The notes under the pieces: generated by a model | Seen by the model: the letters and a program-made list of their open reading frames with translations, nothing else | Told to the model about the DNA's origin: nothing | Databases searched by the model: none | Assembly (NCBI GenBank): GCA_045590415.1 | Contig: JAZNRA010000033.1 | Location: forward strand, 1-38,229 | Direction of reading: 5' to 3' | Source: Acutalibacteraceae bacterium | GTDB taxonomy: Bacteria > Bacillota > Clostridia > Oscillospirales > Acutalibacteraceae | DNA length: 38,229 bases | Program-made: the position numbers and the translations under genes | Part shown: positions 8,574 through 17,982 of the stretch, one piece after another | Layout: every line of letters starts with the position of its first letter | Numbering within the stretch: position 1 is the first letter of the stretch

Positions 8574-9860
8574 TTATAATGCTTGTTGTAGACCGGGATC
8601 ATCCTCGGTCACTCGCTCAATATCTGCACCAAGACCCTGTAGCTTTTCTACAATATCCTCGTATCCGCGTTCAATATATTGAATCTCTTCGATCTCGGTG
8701 ACACCGCTTGCCGCCAAAGCCGCAATTACCATCGCAGCACCCGCACGCAAGTCCATCGCCTTTACAGGGGCGGCCGTCAACTGCGGGACGCCCTGGACAA
8801 CGGCGAGCTTGCCGTCGACCTGAATATCAGCACCCATGCGGCGCAGTTCATCAACGTAACGGAAGCGGTTTTCCCAAACCCCTTCGTTAATAATGCTTGT
8901 CCCCTCTGCGAGCGACAAGAGGACCGCGATCTGCGGCTGCATATCGGTCGGAAAACCGGGATGTGGCATAGTTTTCACGTTACAATGATTAAGACGTCCG
9001 GAAGCGGATACGCGGATATCTTCGTCAAACTCTTCAATTTCCGCTCCCATCTCTTGCAACTTAGCAGTGATGGATTCCAAGTGCTTCGGAATAACGTTGC
9101 GCACGGTCACGTTTCCACCGGTTGCAACAGCAGCTGCCATGTACGTGCCGGCCTCGATCTGATCGGGGATGATGGAATAGGTCGTACCGTACAAACGATC
9201 GACACCGTAAATCTTAATAACATCCGTACCGGCGCCGCGAATGTCGGCACCCATAGAGTTTAAAAAGTTTGCCAAGTCAACGATATGCGGCTCTTTTGCA
9301 GCGTTTTCAATCACCGTGGTACCCTCTGCACGAACGGCAGCGAGTATGATGTTAACAGTGGCACCGACAGACACCATATCCAAATATACCGAACTGCCTT
9401 GCAGCTGATCGGCATGTGCATCGATCATACCGTTTTTCATCGGCATAACCTTGGCACCTAAACAAGAAAACCCTTTAAGATGTTGATCAATCGGACGAAC
9501 ACCGAAATAGCAACCGCCCGGCATCGGCACATTAGCTTTGCCAAAACGTCCAAGCAACGCGCCGATGAAGTAATACGAAGCGCGCATTTTTTTAGCCAGA
9601 TCATGCGGCACAGTCTGTGTAACGATCGTACGCGAGTCGATCTCAACCGTGTGACGATCAATACGACGCACCGTAGCACCAAGGGAAGCCAAAATTTCCA
9701 GTGCCGTAGCAACGTCAGCAATGTTTGGAATATTTTCGATACGGCAAACACCGTTTGCTAAAACAGTAGCCGGTAAAATCGCAACGACCGCGTTTTTAGC
9801 ACCGCTGATATCAACAGTACCGGTTAACGGATGTCCGCCGCGGATAACGTACTTATCCAA
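8574..9860 (-). CDS. murA: UDP-N-acetylglucosamine 1-carboxyvinyltransferase
   Basis: [24 protein letters not shown]-terminus. The active-site Cys context [13 protein letters not shown] is present. The likely start is TTG at 9860, with a GAGGGAG RBS 10 nt upstream. The track's longer N-terminus lacks homology-like sequence. Confidence 0.93.
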   Translation of the reverse strand: MDKYVIRGGHPLTGTVDISGAKNAVVAILPATVLANGVCRIENIPNIADVATALEILASLGATVRRIDRHTVEIDSRTIVTQTVPHDLAKKMRASYYFIGALLGRFGKANVPMPGGCYFGVRPIDQHLKGFSCLGAKVMPMKNGMIDAHADQLQGSSVYLDMVSVGATVNIILAAVRAEGTTVIENAAKEPHIVDLANFLNSMGADIRGAGTDVIKIYGVDRLYGTTYSIIPDQIEAGTYMAAAVATGGNVTVRNVIPKHLESITAKLQEMGAEIEEFDEDIRVSASGRLNHCNVKTMPHPGFPTDMQPQIAVLLSLAEGTSIINEGVWENRFRYVDELRRMGADIQVDGKLAVVQGVPQLTAAPVKAMDLRAGAAMVIAALAASGVTEIEEIQYIERGYEDIVEKLQGLGADIERVTEDDPGLQQAL

Positions 9861-9961
9861 GAAAAACCCACTCCCTCGAATACAGTAAATTGGAGGAATA
9901 TGCCGCAAAAATCCAAAAGGATGACACAATCAAAGCATGTGGATAAACACCCACATGCTTC

Positions 9962-9989
9962 AGTATACCATACTTTTCGTAAAAATCAA
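9962..9989 (-). promoter_or_regulatory. Candidate extended -10 promoter for murA
   Basis: On the minus strand: TTGATT (9984-9989), 16-nt spacer, TGgTATACT (-10 hexamer at 9962-9967). Confidence 0.35.
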
Positions 9990-10095
9990 ATATTTTCTGG
10001 AAAAATGTTCGAATTTTTGATTTTCAATACCACATATAGTATGATCACTATTTTGTCAGTTTAGACGTGAAAGGTTTTTCCACACTAAAAAATTT

Positions 10096-10749
10096 TTAAA
10101 AACCAAGAGATTCTCCAACTAAAATAACGTGTATGCGGTTTGCAACCCGTTGATGACCGCTTATTAAATATTGAGCACAAATACGATCCGCCGACTGACA
10201 ACCGTCAACGTACCGCTCGCTATCAGCCGCTATGCACATGCCGGAAACAGCACATGGCGTTTGGCAACTTAAACGCTTGGCATTGAGCGGCGCCGCCACC
10301 GTTTTGACGCGACGAACAGCCGCCGGAAGATCACCTACAATTTTATTGCAGCCCACAACCATTATCACCGTAGCAGGACCAAAAGCAATCGGTGAAATGC
10401 GATTGGCGCGTCCGTCTACGTTGTATAGTGTGCCGTCTTGTGTGACAGCGTTTGAGGAACATAAAAACACATCCGCTGTTAAACTTTTCAAAAAAACAGC
10501 CGTGAGTTCGTCCGGCGTTAATCCTTCTTGATAGCGATCCAAAAAGTGATAGTCACCGCTACGCAACAGGTCAATAACACCGGTTTCAAACAAGGTCATT
10601 GAACCGCCGACAGCTACCGTGTCGTTGGTATGAAGGAGTGTTTTAACCAGCGGAACAACGTCTTCCTTGCTTTGAACGCAGTGTGCTGCCATATTGTTTT
10701 TACGCAAAGCGGCGGCAATTGGTTCTAACTCAGCGAGTAACATTCTCAT
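10096..10749 (-). CDS. LUD-domain (lactate-utilization LutC/YkgG-like, DUF162) protein
   Basis: Sequence pattern ..VAVGGSMTLFETGVIDLLRSGDYHFLDRY.. and the size match my memory of LUD-domain proteins. The start is uncertain: ATG at 10749 sits just after the rpiB stop, and the track uses TTG at 10758. Confidence 0.7.
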   Translation of the reverse strand: MRMLLAELEPIAAALRKNNMAAHCVQSKEDVVPLVKTLLHTNDTVAVGGSMTLFETGVIDLLRSGDYHFLDRYQEGLTPDELTAVFLKSLTADVFLCSSNAVTQDGTLYNVDGRANRISPIAFGPATVIMVVGCNKIVGDLPAAVRRVKTVAAPLNAKRLSCQTPCAVSGMCIAADSERYVDGCQSADRICAQYLISGHQRVANRIHVILVGESLGF

Positions 10750-10750
10750 A

Positions 10751-11200
10751 TTATTCAATCACCTGTTCTTGCTCTAATTTGGTAATTAGATCAATACGGC
10801 GCTGATGACGACCGCCATCAAACGCAGTAGATAAGAAAGTCTTAACAATGCACTTGGCAAGCTCCGGCCCAATGATACGGGCTCCCATTGCAAGGATGTT
10901 GGCATCGTTGTGCTGACGAGTAAGTTGGGCAGACAAGGGATCATTGCACAAGGCGCAACGAATACCGTGCACCTTATTGGCAGCGATACTGATACCGATA
11001 CCCGTGCCGCAAATAACGATTCCTTTTTCACAAGAACCATCCGCCACTGCTTTAGCGGCTCTGGCGGCAAAGATGGGATAGTCGCAACTGTCTGTGGTGT
11101 CAGTACCGAAATCACGGTACTCTTCCCCCATTTCGGTCAACATTGCTTCTATCTCGCGTTTCAGTTCAACAGCGGCGTGGTCACATGCGATGGCAATCAT
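10751..11200 (-). CDS. rpiB: Ribose-5-phosphate isomerase B
   Basis: MIAIACDHAAVELK... and ICGTGIGISIAANKVHGIRCALC..HNDANILAMGARIIG, which are classic RpiB/LacAB motifs. An AAGGAGGA RBS is present. Confidence 0.92.
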   Translation of the reverse strand: MIAIACDHAAVELKREIEAMLTEMGEEYRDFGTDTTDSCDYPIFAARAAKAVADGSCEKGIVICGTGIGISIAANKVHGIRCALCNDPLSAQLTRQHNDANILAMGARIIGPELAKCIVKTFLSTAFDGGRHQRRIDLITKLEQEQVIE

Positions 11201-11225
11201 ACTGATTTCCTCCTTAAAACGGAAA

Positions 11226-11254
11226 GGGCGACACTCCGATTCGAAGTGTTGCCC
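11226..11254 (-). terminator. Weak hairpin/terminator between ispH-rpsA and rpiB
   Basis: 10-bp stem GGGCAACACT/AGTGTCGCCC on the minus-strand RNA, with one A-C mismatch, followed by TTTCCGTTTT. It is probably leaky. Confidence 0.4.
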
Positions 11255-11271
11255 GTTTTGTTTTCCGTAAA

Positions 11272-13341
11272 TTATTCAGCCGTTTCTTCAGTAACTTCAG
11301 GAGAAGCTTCCTCAGTTACTTCCTCAGTGGTTTCTGGAGCAGTTTCCTCAGCAGCGGGAGCATCCTCAAGAAGCGCACGGATGGACAAGCTGATGCGCTT
11401 GCTTTCCATATCAACAGCCGTGATTTTAACCTGTACCTCTTCGCCGACCTTCAAAGCATCCTGCGGTTTGTCGATACGGCGGTTCGCGATCTGCGAAATA
11501 TGGATCAAGCCGTCAACGCCGGGAAGGATCTGTGCAAACGCACCGAAGGTGGTCATACCGACGATCGTGGCAGGCACAACGTCACCCACTGCATACTGCG
11601 CCTTAAAGAGCTCAAACGGATTGTCCTCCGGACGGCGGTAACCGAGCGAGATCTTGTGCTTCTCGATATCCAAATCGCGGATGTACACATCCACGGTATC
11701 ACCGATGGAAACGACCTCAGAAGGATGCTTGATATGTTTCCAGGAAAGCTCGGATACGTGAATCATACCGTCCACACCGCCGAGATCCACAAACGCTCCG
11801 TAGGAGGTCATGGATTTGACGATGCCGGTATATTTCTGACCGACCTCTGCCTGTGCGAAGAAAGCTTCTTCCTTCTCGCGGCGCTCCTCGCGGGCAACGT
11901 CACGAATGGAGCCAACCGCGCGGCGGCGCTGGGTATTGATTTCTAAGATCTTGAAGCGAACCGTTTGCTTGAGCAACGGGCTTAAATCTTCCATACGGCT
12001 GACAGAAGCGCGGGACGCGGGAACGAACACCTTTACCCCGTGAGATGCGACTAAGATGCCGCCTTTAATGACATCCGTAACGACGCCTTCGAGAATTTCG
12101 CCGCTTTCGCCGGCAGCCACAATGGTATCCCAACCTTTTTTGGCATCGACACGTTTTTTGGAAAGCATAATTGTACCTTCCTGGTCGTTGGTACGCATGA
12201 TGAGCAGTTCGAGCTCATCCCCCACCTTAACCAACTCGGACGGATCTGTGCCTTCCGCTGAAAGCTCCTCGGTCGGAATGTAGCCGGTCTGTTTGCGACC
12301 GATCACTTCTACCTGTACCTCGTTGGGAGCAATTCCCACGACGATACCGCGCACTCTTTCGTTTGTAGTTAAACTTTGAAGAGATGCTTCAAGCGCCTCC
12401 TCAAAACTCATTTCGTCAAAGGACTTGACAGGTTCGGCGGCAACGGCCACCTCATTTTCTTGGACTTCGCTGTTGTTGACAATCTCGGACATGGTTGAAA
12501 GTACCTCCTTAATTATATCGGAAGGCGTTGAAGCTCCGGCGGTCAAACCGATGACCTTCGCATCTGCGAACGGTTCAGCCGTGAGCTCCTCTGCCTTTTC
12601 GATCAAAACAGTTTGGCAGTAGGGTCGGCATACTTCTCGCAGTTTTGCGGTGTTGGAACTTTGTCGCCCACCGACAATCACCATCACATCGCTTTGTTGT
12701 GATAGGGCTATCGCTTCCTCTTGTCTTTTCGCGGTAGCACTGCATATTGTATCAAAGATTATGAGATTTGTATAGTGTTTTTTTGCAATTTTAGAACACT
12801 TTTTCCAAGTATTTATATGAAAAGTAGTCTGTGCGACCAAAATGACGGGTGCATTTCGGTCTGGGATTCCACTTTTTTCCAATTTCAGCAGTTCTTCTTC
12901 GGAAGAAAACACATACGAAGGCGTATGACAATGACCGCGAATACCGATCACCTCAGGGTGACCCTCATCACCGGCGATCAAAACTGTTGCACCGTTTGCC
13001 GACTGTTCAGAAACAATACGGTGGATCTTGGCAACAAACGGGCAGGTGGCATCGTGGCAAGTAATTCCTTTCTCTTCTATGACGTCATACACGTCTTTTG
13101 AAACACCGTGTGAACGAATCACCAACGTAGTCCCATCCGCTGTTTCTTCAGGGGTGTTGACAATAACAACGCCCCTCTCCTTCAGTGTTTCGACCATCTG
13201 TGGATTGTGAATGATCGGTCCGAGCGTACAGACATCCTTCCCTTCATCCAACAATGCATATACGGCGTCTACCGCACGTTTCACACCGAAGCAGAAACCG
13301 GCGGATTCGGCAACTAACAGTTTCTTATCCATTTCTTTCAA
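11272..13341 (-). CDS. ispH: Bifunctional 4-hydroxy-3-methylbut-2-enyl diphosphate reductase (IspH/LytB) fused to 30S ribosomal protein S1 (four S1 domains, acidic tail)
   Basis: The N-terminal half has AESAGFCFGVKRAV and ..TLGPIIHNP.. IspH motifs. The C-terminal half has four repeats of the S1 OB-fold pattern (G.V..v..fGAFV.l.GvDGliHiSe). An alternative ATG start lies at 13332. Confidence 0.9.
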   Translation of the reverse strand: MKEMDKKLLVAESAGFCFGVKRAVDAVYALLDEGKDVCTLGPIIHNPQMVETLKERGVVIVNTPEETADGTTLVIRSHGVSKDVYDVIEEKGITCHDATCPFVAKIHRIVSEQSANGATVLIAGDEGHPEVIGIRGHCHTPSYVFSSEEELLKLEKSGIPDRNAPVILVAQTTFHINTWKKCSKIAKKHYTNLIIFDTICSATAKRQEEAIALSQQSDVMVIVGGRQSSNTAKLREVCRPYCQTVLIEKAEELTAEPFADAKVIGLTAGASTPSDIIKEVLSTMSEIVNNSEVQENEVAVAAEPVKSFDEMSFEEALEASLQSLTTNERVRGIVVGIAPNEVQVEVIGRKQTGYIPTEELSAEGTDPSELVKVGDELELLIMRTNDQEGTIMLSKKRVDAKKGWDTIVAAGESGEILEGVVTDVIKGGILVASHGVKVFVPASRASVSRMEDLSPLLKQTVRFKILEINTQRRRAVGSIRDVAREERREKEEAFFAQAEVGQKYTGIVKSMTSYGAFVDLGGVDGMIHVSELSWKHIKHPSEVVSIGDTVDVYIRDLDIEKHKISLGYRRPEDNPFELFKAQYAVGDVVPATIVGMTTFGAFAQILPGVDGLIHISQIANRRIDKPQDALKVGEEVQVKITAVDMESKRISLSIRALLEDAPAAEETAPETTEEVTEEASPEVTEETAE

Positions 13342-13933
13342 TCAACTCCCCGATCGTTTTCATGATCAGGCGCGTGGCATAACGGATGTCCGGACGCTCC
13401 GAATCCGTCAGATGCAACTCCTCAGGTGACAGCGGTTTGCCGTATGCAACAGTCACCCGTTGAAATAAGCGCACCCGCTGATTACGTGTAACAACCGCCG
13501 CCGGCAGAACGGAAGCACCCGTCTGTGCAACGATCAGCGCGGCACCCGATTTCGGACGCAATAAATTACCGTCCTTTGAACGTGTTCCTTCCGGAAAAAT
13601 ACCCATCAGTTTTCGCTCATTAACTAACTGTTTGGCAGTATCAATTGCACTCGTGTCACCGGTACCGCGACGTACGGGGAAGGCGCCGAACTGTTTGCCA
13701 AGCACCCAAGTAAACAATCGATTGGCAAACAACTCCGCTTTCGCCATGAAATATACGTGGCGCTTAGGGCTGGCGATAATCAAAAAGATCGGATCCCAGT
13801 TGGAGATATGATTACAGCACAGCACAAGCGGCATATCCTCGGAAGGAATGTTCTCCCTACCGACGACACGCACTCGCATAAAGAAGCGAATAACAGGCCC
13901 TAAAATATGAATTAAAGCGCGTCCGAGCCACAT
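13325..13933 (-). CDS. plsC: 1-acyl-sn-glycerol-3-phosphate acyltransferase
   Basis: HX4D acyltransferase motif (CNHISNWDP) and the FPEGTRS motif. The gene overlaps the ispH start by 17 nt. Confidence 0.85.
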   Translation of the reverse strand: MWLGRALIHILGPVIRFFMRVRVVGRENIPSEDMPLVLCCNHISNWDPIFLIIASPKRHVYFMAKAELFANRLFTWVLGKQFGAFPVRRGTGDTSAIDTAKQLVNERKLMGIFPEGTRSKDGNLLRPKSGAALIVAQTGASVLPAAVVTRNQRVRLFQRVTVAYGKPLSPEELHLTDSERPDIRYATRLIMKTIGELIERNG

Positions 13934-13940
13934 TGACGTC

Positions 13941-14618
13941 TCACCCTTTCAGAGTTTTTTCTATCAACGCTTTCAGCATGCCGATCGATTGTTCTAAGGT
14001 ATTTCCGCTGGTATCGACCATAATGGCATCCTCAGCCGGTTTTAAGGGGGCAGCGGCACGGTGGGAATCGTTATAATCACGTTCCTTCATGTCTGCTAAA
14101 ACATCTTCATAGGTGACATCCATTCCTTTTTCGCGCAATTCCAAAAAGCGACGCTCGGCGCGATCTTCCGCTGAAGCGGTTAAAAAGATCTTAACGGTTG
14201 CAAACGGCAGCACGACCGTGCCGATGTCACGACCATCCATAATCACGTCGTTTTGTCGCGCCGTATCCTGCTGTAATCGAAATAAAAATTGACGAACCGG
14301 CGGCATAGCCGACGTCGTTGATGCTGCCATAGATACTTCGGGCGTGCGAATGTGAGCGCTGACGTCTTCACCATTTAAGAAGACGCGCTGTTCGCCGTTT
14401 GCATATCCCATAGAAACCGTGATGTTTGGCAAAAGTGCTTCCACCGCCGCCGCGTCTTTTGGGTCAATTCCGCGCTGAAGAACCGCGTATCCGACGGTGC
14501 GGTACAGAGCACCGGTATCTACGTAAATATATCCTAATTCCTTCGCCAAAAAACGGGCGATGGTGCTCTTACCCGCACCGGACGGCCCGTCGATGGCAAT
14601 ACTGATCGGCTTGTTCAT
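13941..14618 (-). CDS. cmk: Cytidylate kinase
   Basis: ISIAIDGPSGAGKSTIA P-loop and a YIYVDTGALYR motif. It lies upstream of an S1-containing gene, as in other Firmicutes. Confidence 0.93.
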   Translation of the reverse strand: MNKPISIAIDGPSGAGKSTIARFLAKELGYIYVDTGALYRTVGYAVLQRGIDPKDAAAVEALLPNITVSMGYANGEQRVFLNGEDVSAHIRTPEVSMAASTTSAMPPVRQFLFRLQQDTARQNDVIMDGRDIGTVVLPFATVKIFLTASAEDRAERRFLELREKGMDVTYEDVLADMKERDYNDSHRAAAPLKPAEDAIMVDTSGNTLEQSIGMLKALIEKTLKG

Positions 14619-14634
14619 TCTTTTCCCCTACCTC

Positions 14635-15858
14635 TTATACGTTGTTACCGGCAGCATAGCCGGTTGAAAAGGCAATTTGCAAATTGAAGCCACCGGTATA
14701 AGCATCCACATCCAATACTTCACCGGCGAAATATAAGCCGTTGACGAGTTTAGATTCCATTGTCTTGGCATTGATCTCTCGCGTGTTGACGCCGCCCGCA
14801 GTTACAATCGCTTCCTCAAACGGACGAAGACCGGATACTGTCAACGGAATCTGTTTGAGAATCCGGGCAATACGCACACGCTCAGCGCGGGATACAGAAT
14901 GGCATTTGGTATCCCCCGCCGTATCGCTCAGCCGTAACATAACCGACACCATTGAGCGGGGCATCAGCGCAGAAAGCGCATTGCCGAGACACGTATTGGC
15001 ATTTTCTTCAAACTCACGTATTAAGCGAGCATCCAACTGTTCTACCGTCAAAGCAGGTTTCATATCTAATGAAAGCGTATACCGGCCTTTGACGGCATCC
15101 TTCAAATGTGCACTTGCACTGAGCATGATCGGTCCGGATACACCAAAATGAGTAAACAACATTTCGCCGAAATCGGTATATACGGTTTTCCCCGTTTCTG
15201 TATCACGTACCGTCAACGCACAATTTTTGAGTGACAGACCTTGCAGTTCTGCGCACCAATCCTCCACCGTGTTCAAGGCAACCAAAGACGGTCGTGGTGG
15301 GATCAGAGTGTGTCCCGCCTGCTCGGCAAGTTTGTACCCATCTCCGGTAGAACCGGTGCCAGGGTATGAGCAACCGCCGGTACAGATAATCACTGCGTAT
15401 GCATGAAGCGTTTCTCCGGTTTCGAGTTTTACACCGCAGCAAACGCTATCCTCTAAGAGGAGTTCGGTAACCCGACCGGTTTTAAAGAGACACCCTTGTT
15501 GACGTGCAAAGGTCACCAAAGCATCGACAACATCTACTGCCTTATCTGAAATCGGATAAACACGATTCCCGCGTTCAATTTTGAGCGGCACTCCCTGCTT
15601 CTCAAAAAAAGCCATTGTATCTTGCGGTGTAAAGGCAGAAAAAGCACTGTACAAAAAACGACCGTTTCCCGGTGTGTTGGCAACGCAATCCTGTACCGAG
15701 GCGGCATTGGTAACGTTACAACGGCCTTTCCCCGTAATCATTACCTTGCGCGCCATACGCGGATTACGCTCAATAACGGTGACACGGTAACCTCGCCCGG
15801 CGGCCATACCGGCGGCAAGCAAGCCCGAAGCGCCGCCTCCGACAACAATGACCTCCAT
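14635..15858 (-). CDS. NAD(P)/FAD-dependent oxidoreductase, HI0933/YhiN/BaiN-like flavoprotein
   Basis: MEVIVVGGGASGLLAAG dinucleotide-binding motif and a C-terminal ..GLYFAGEVLDVDAYTGGFNLQIAFSTG.. signature. The ATG at 15858 overlaps the rpiR-family stop (TGATG) and is preceded by AGGAGGA. Confidence 0.85.
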   Translation of the reverse strand: MEVIVVGGGASGLLAAGMAAGRGYRVTVIERNPRMARKVMITGKGRCNVTNAASVQDCVANTPGNGRFLYSAFSAFTPQDTMAFFEKQGVPLKIERGNRVYPISDKAVDVVDALVTFARQQGCLFKTGRVTELLLEDSVCCGVKLETGETLHAYAVIICTGGCSYPGTGSTGDGYKLAEQAGHTLIPPRPSLVALNTVEDWCAELQGLSLKNCALTVRDTETGKTVYTDFGEMLFTHFGVSGPIMLSASAHLKDAVKGRYTLSLDMKPALTVEQLDARLIREFEENANTCLGNALSALMPRSMVSVMLRLSDTAGDTKCHSVSRAERVRIARILKQIPLTVSGLRPFEEAIVTAGGVNTREINAKTMESKLVNGLYFAGEVLDVDAYTGGFNLQIAFSTGYAAGNNV

Positions 15859-16751
15859 CACGGTATGTCCTCCTGCGCTCCGTTTGGTCCAAGGGGTTGA
15901 TAGACCTGATAGGTTTCCCATAATTCTTCAAGTTCGGTCAAACGATTGCGGTTTTCATCCGCGCGTTTAAGTGAAATCGCCACTAACAGTGCGTTAATAA
16001 CGCTGAGCGGTGCAGCTAAGGAATCGACAACCGTCGGCAAATCACTGTGGGCAAGCAACAAACTGGAGCTAAGCTCCGCGACCGGTGATAAAATACTGTC
16101 GGTGACGGAAATGACTTTTGCGCCGCGTGAGTGAGCGAAATGTGCTGCTTTCACGGAGCGTGCCGAATATCGTGGGAAGCTGACAACCAACAGTGCATCC
16201 TGGTCTCCGATAGAATACAACTCTTCCAACACCTCTGTAACACTTGAGGTGTTGATCAAATGAATATCCGGTAATAGCAGTTTGAGATAAAACGCAGCGA
16301 ATTGAGCAAGCGCACGACAGCTACCGGCGCCAAACACATACACATGGCGTGCATTGACCAGTGATTCAACCGCTTCATTAAAGACCTCTTTTGGCATTTC
16401 CTCCAGCGTTTGGCGAATATTAGCCATATCGTACGACATGACGCTTTCGAGCACCTCATCATCCCGCATACGAGACCGGGACACCTCTACACGCTGTATA
16501 CTCGTCAGTTTACTGCGAATGAGCTTTTGCACAGCTTTTTGTAGTTGCGGATAGCCGGAAAAACCAAGTTCGGTGGCAAAACGCACCACTGTGGATTCAC
16601 TTACTCCAACCGTCTCGCCCAAACGATATGCTGTCATAAATGCCGCTTCATCGTAATGTTCCAAAATATATGAGCCAATGCGGCGCTGTCCTTTGGAAAA
16701 ACTCGGCATCTCATTCGTAATATGCGCGATCAGGTCCATACTCATCGACAT
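15858..16751 (-). CDS. MurR/RpiR family transcriptional regulator (HTH + SIS domain)
   Basis: N-terminal HTH_6-like segment (..QRRIGSYILEHYDEAAFMTAYRLGETVGVSESTVVRFATELGFSGY) and a SIS-domain pattern (VYVFGAGSC..). The third codon (ATG at 16745) has better RBS spacing. Confidence 0.85.
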   Translation of the reverse strand: MSMSMDLIAHITNEMPSFSKGQRRIGSYILEHYDEAAFMTAYRLGETVGVSESTVVRFATELGFSGYPQLQKAVQKLIRSKLTSIQRVEVSRSRMRDDEVLESVMSYDMANIRQTLEEMPKEVFNEAVESLVNARHVYVFGAGSCRALAQFAAFYLKLLLPDIHLINTSSVTEVLEELYSIGDQDALLVVSFPRYSARSVKAAHFAHSRGAKVISVTDSILSPVAELSSSLLLAHSDLPTVVDSLAAPLSVINALLVAISLKRADENRNRLTELEELWETYQVYQPLGPNGAQEDIP

Positions 16752-16771
16752 TCACTCCTCTCAACACACCT

Positions 16772-16800
16772 ATTTTAATGCTTTCATTCCAAAAATGCAA
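16772..16800 (-). promoter_or_regulatory. Candidate sigma-A promoter for the rpiR-family/flavoprotein/cmk block
   Basis: On the minus strand: TTGCAT (16795-16800), 17-nt spacer, TAAAAT (16772-16777). An inverted repeat TGCAAG-N13-CTTGCA overlaps the -35. Confidence 0.45.
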
Positions 16801-16822
16801 GATATATCGTCCAACTTGCAAA

Positions 16823-17368
16823 TCAATATTGAAACAAGCGGCGAATGATCGGTTGAACACGTGAAAAGTATAACGGTAAGAACCGCGTAAGGCCGATATC
16901 GTATATAACAAAAATAACGTTACCCGCCAGCAAGAAGAGAATCAGAAACCCATAAAGCGGAAGAGAGATCCCATCAATGCGAAACGCATCCAACGAGAAC
17001 CCTATCCACGAGAGTATCGCATATCCGCCGACAGCCGCCGCATTAAAGATCAGCAATTTCAAAAGCCACTCACACACGTGGTTTTTGATGGATTCTAATA
17101 TCGCTTTGACGATCGGGTAATAGCCAAAAAACACGATAAAGAGTGTTTTTGCTTCCATATCAGGCACAATAAGTAACGCAACCAGTGAGACGGCAGCATA
17201 GGCGCACAGCGCCCATTTCTTTCCGCATTCAATTACAAGCGGAATCAGAAACGCTCCCGCGAGCGGCGGGAGCGCATAGGTGGCAAACGGAAAGATCGTC
17301 AGTAATAATACCAGGACGGAAACGGCACTGAAAATGCCGCCGAGCGCCACACGTGACGTGCGTTTCAA
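16823..17368 (-). CDS. Polytopic membrane protein of unknown function (about 5-6 predicted TM helices)
   Basis: Strongly hydrophobic ORF. I place the start at TTG 17368 (GAGGGGTG RBS, 11 nt after the stop of the J-domain gene) rather than the track's start, which would overlap that gene by 55 nt. I did not recognise a family. Confidence 0.6.
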   Translation of the reverse strand: MKRTSRVALGGIFSAVSVLVLLLTIFPFATYALPPLAGAFLIPLVIECGKKWALCAYAAVSLVALLIVPDMEAKTLFIVFFGYYPIVKAILESIKNHVCEWLLKLLIFNAAAVGGYAILSWIGFSLDAFRIDGISLPLYGFLILFLLAGNVIFVIYDIGLTRFLPLYFSRVQPIIRRLFQY

Positions 17369-17379
17369 ACAATCACCCC

Positions 17380-17982
17380 TCAGCAGCAGCGAATGAGATC
17401 GCCGCCCATACACTCGCAGCAACAATCCGCACACAATAAACTATTACACAAGCGGCAAGCATCGCTGCTGCCGTTTGACATCGGTGCTACACGATAACCA
17501 CCTGTGCGGCGCTGAAGTTCCAGCTGATTCATCGCTTGACGGTATTCCGCATTCGTGGGATCCATACGAGTTGCTGTGGAAATATCGGAATATGCTTCCT
17601 CCAGCCATCCTTTTTTGTACAGAACGCTTCCCTTGAGAAAATACCATTCTGCATCGCGCGAAGGCGCAGGGATGCCGTCGAGTAACGCCTCGGCATCAAT
17701 GGTGCGACCGGTGCGGATCAAATTGCGGATATCGGCATAACGGGACGATCCACCCGCCTGATATCCGGGTTGTCCGTTCGCAGAGCCGCCTTGGCGCCGC
17801 ATACGGATAATGGCATCGTATGCCTCGTTGATCTCCTGCATTTTCTCCTCTGCCAGATCGGACAGTGGGTTGTTCGAATAATTGTCAGGATGATATTTCT
17901 TGGCGAGTTCCCGATATGCCGCTTTCACCTCATCGTCGGTGGCGGTGGGCTGAATTCCAAGAACCTCATATGGATTTTGCAT
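17380..17982 (-). CDS. J-domain protein with a TPR-like repeat and a C-terminal cysteine-rich tail
   Basis: J domain [31 protein letters not shown], with HPD encoded at 17884-17892 (checked in the DNA). A Gly-rich linker follows. The TPR-like segment is [37 protein letters not shown]. The tail [26 protein letters not shown] (17383-17460) has 9 Cys. GGAGG lies 8 nt upstream of the ATG. Confidence 0.85.
   Translation of the reverse strand: MQNPYEVLGIQPTATDDEVKAAYRELAKKYHPDNYSNNPLSDLAEEKMQEINEAYDAIIRMRRQGGSANGQPGYQAGGSSRYADIRNLIRTGRTIDAEALLDGIPAPSRDAEWYFLKGSVLYKKGWLEEAYSDISTATRMDPTNAEYRQAMNQLELQRRTGGYRVAPMSNGSSDACRLCNSLLCADCCCECMGGDLIRCC

Noticed and set aside
10910-11641. A 243-aa plus-strand ORF spanning the rpiB / ispH-S1 junction, with an S/V/A-rich low-complexity stretch.
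   Set aside because: It is antisense to two confidently identified genes and to the intergenic hairpin. The S/V/A-rich run is simply the complement of the acidic E/T-rich S1 tail.
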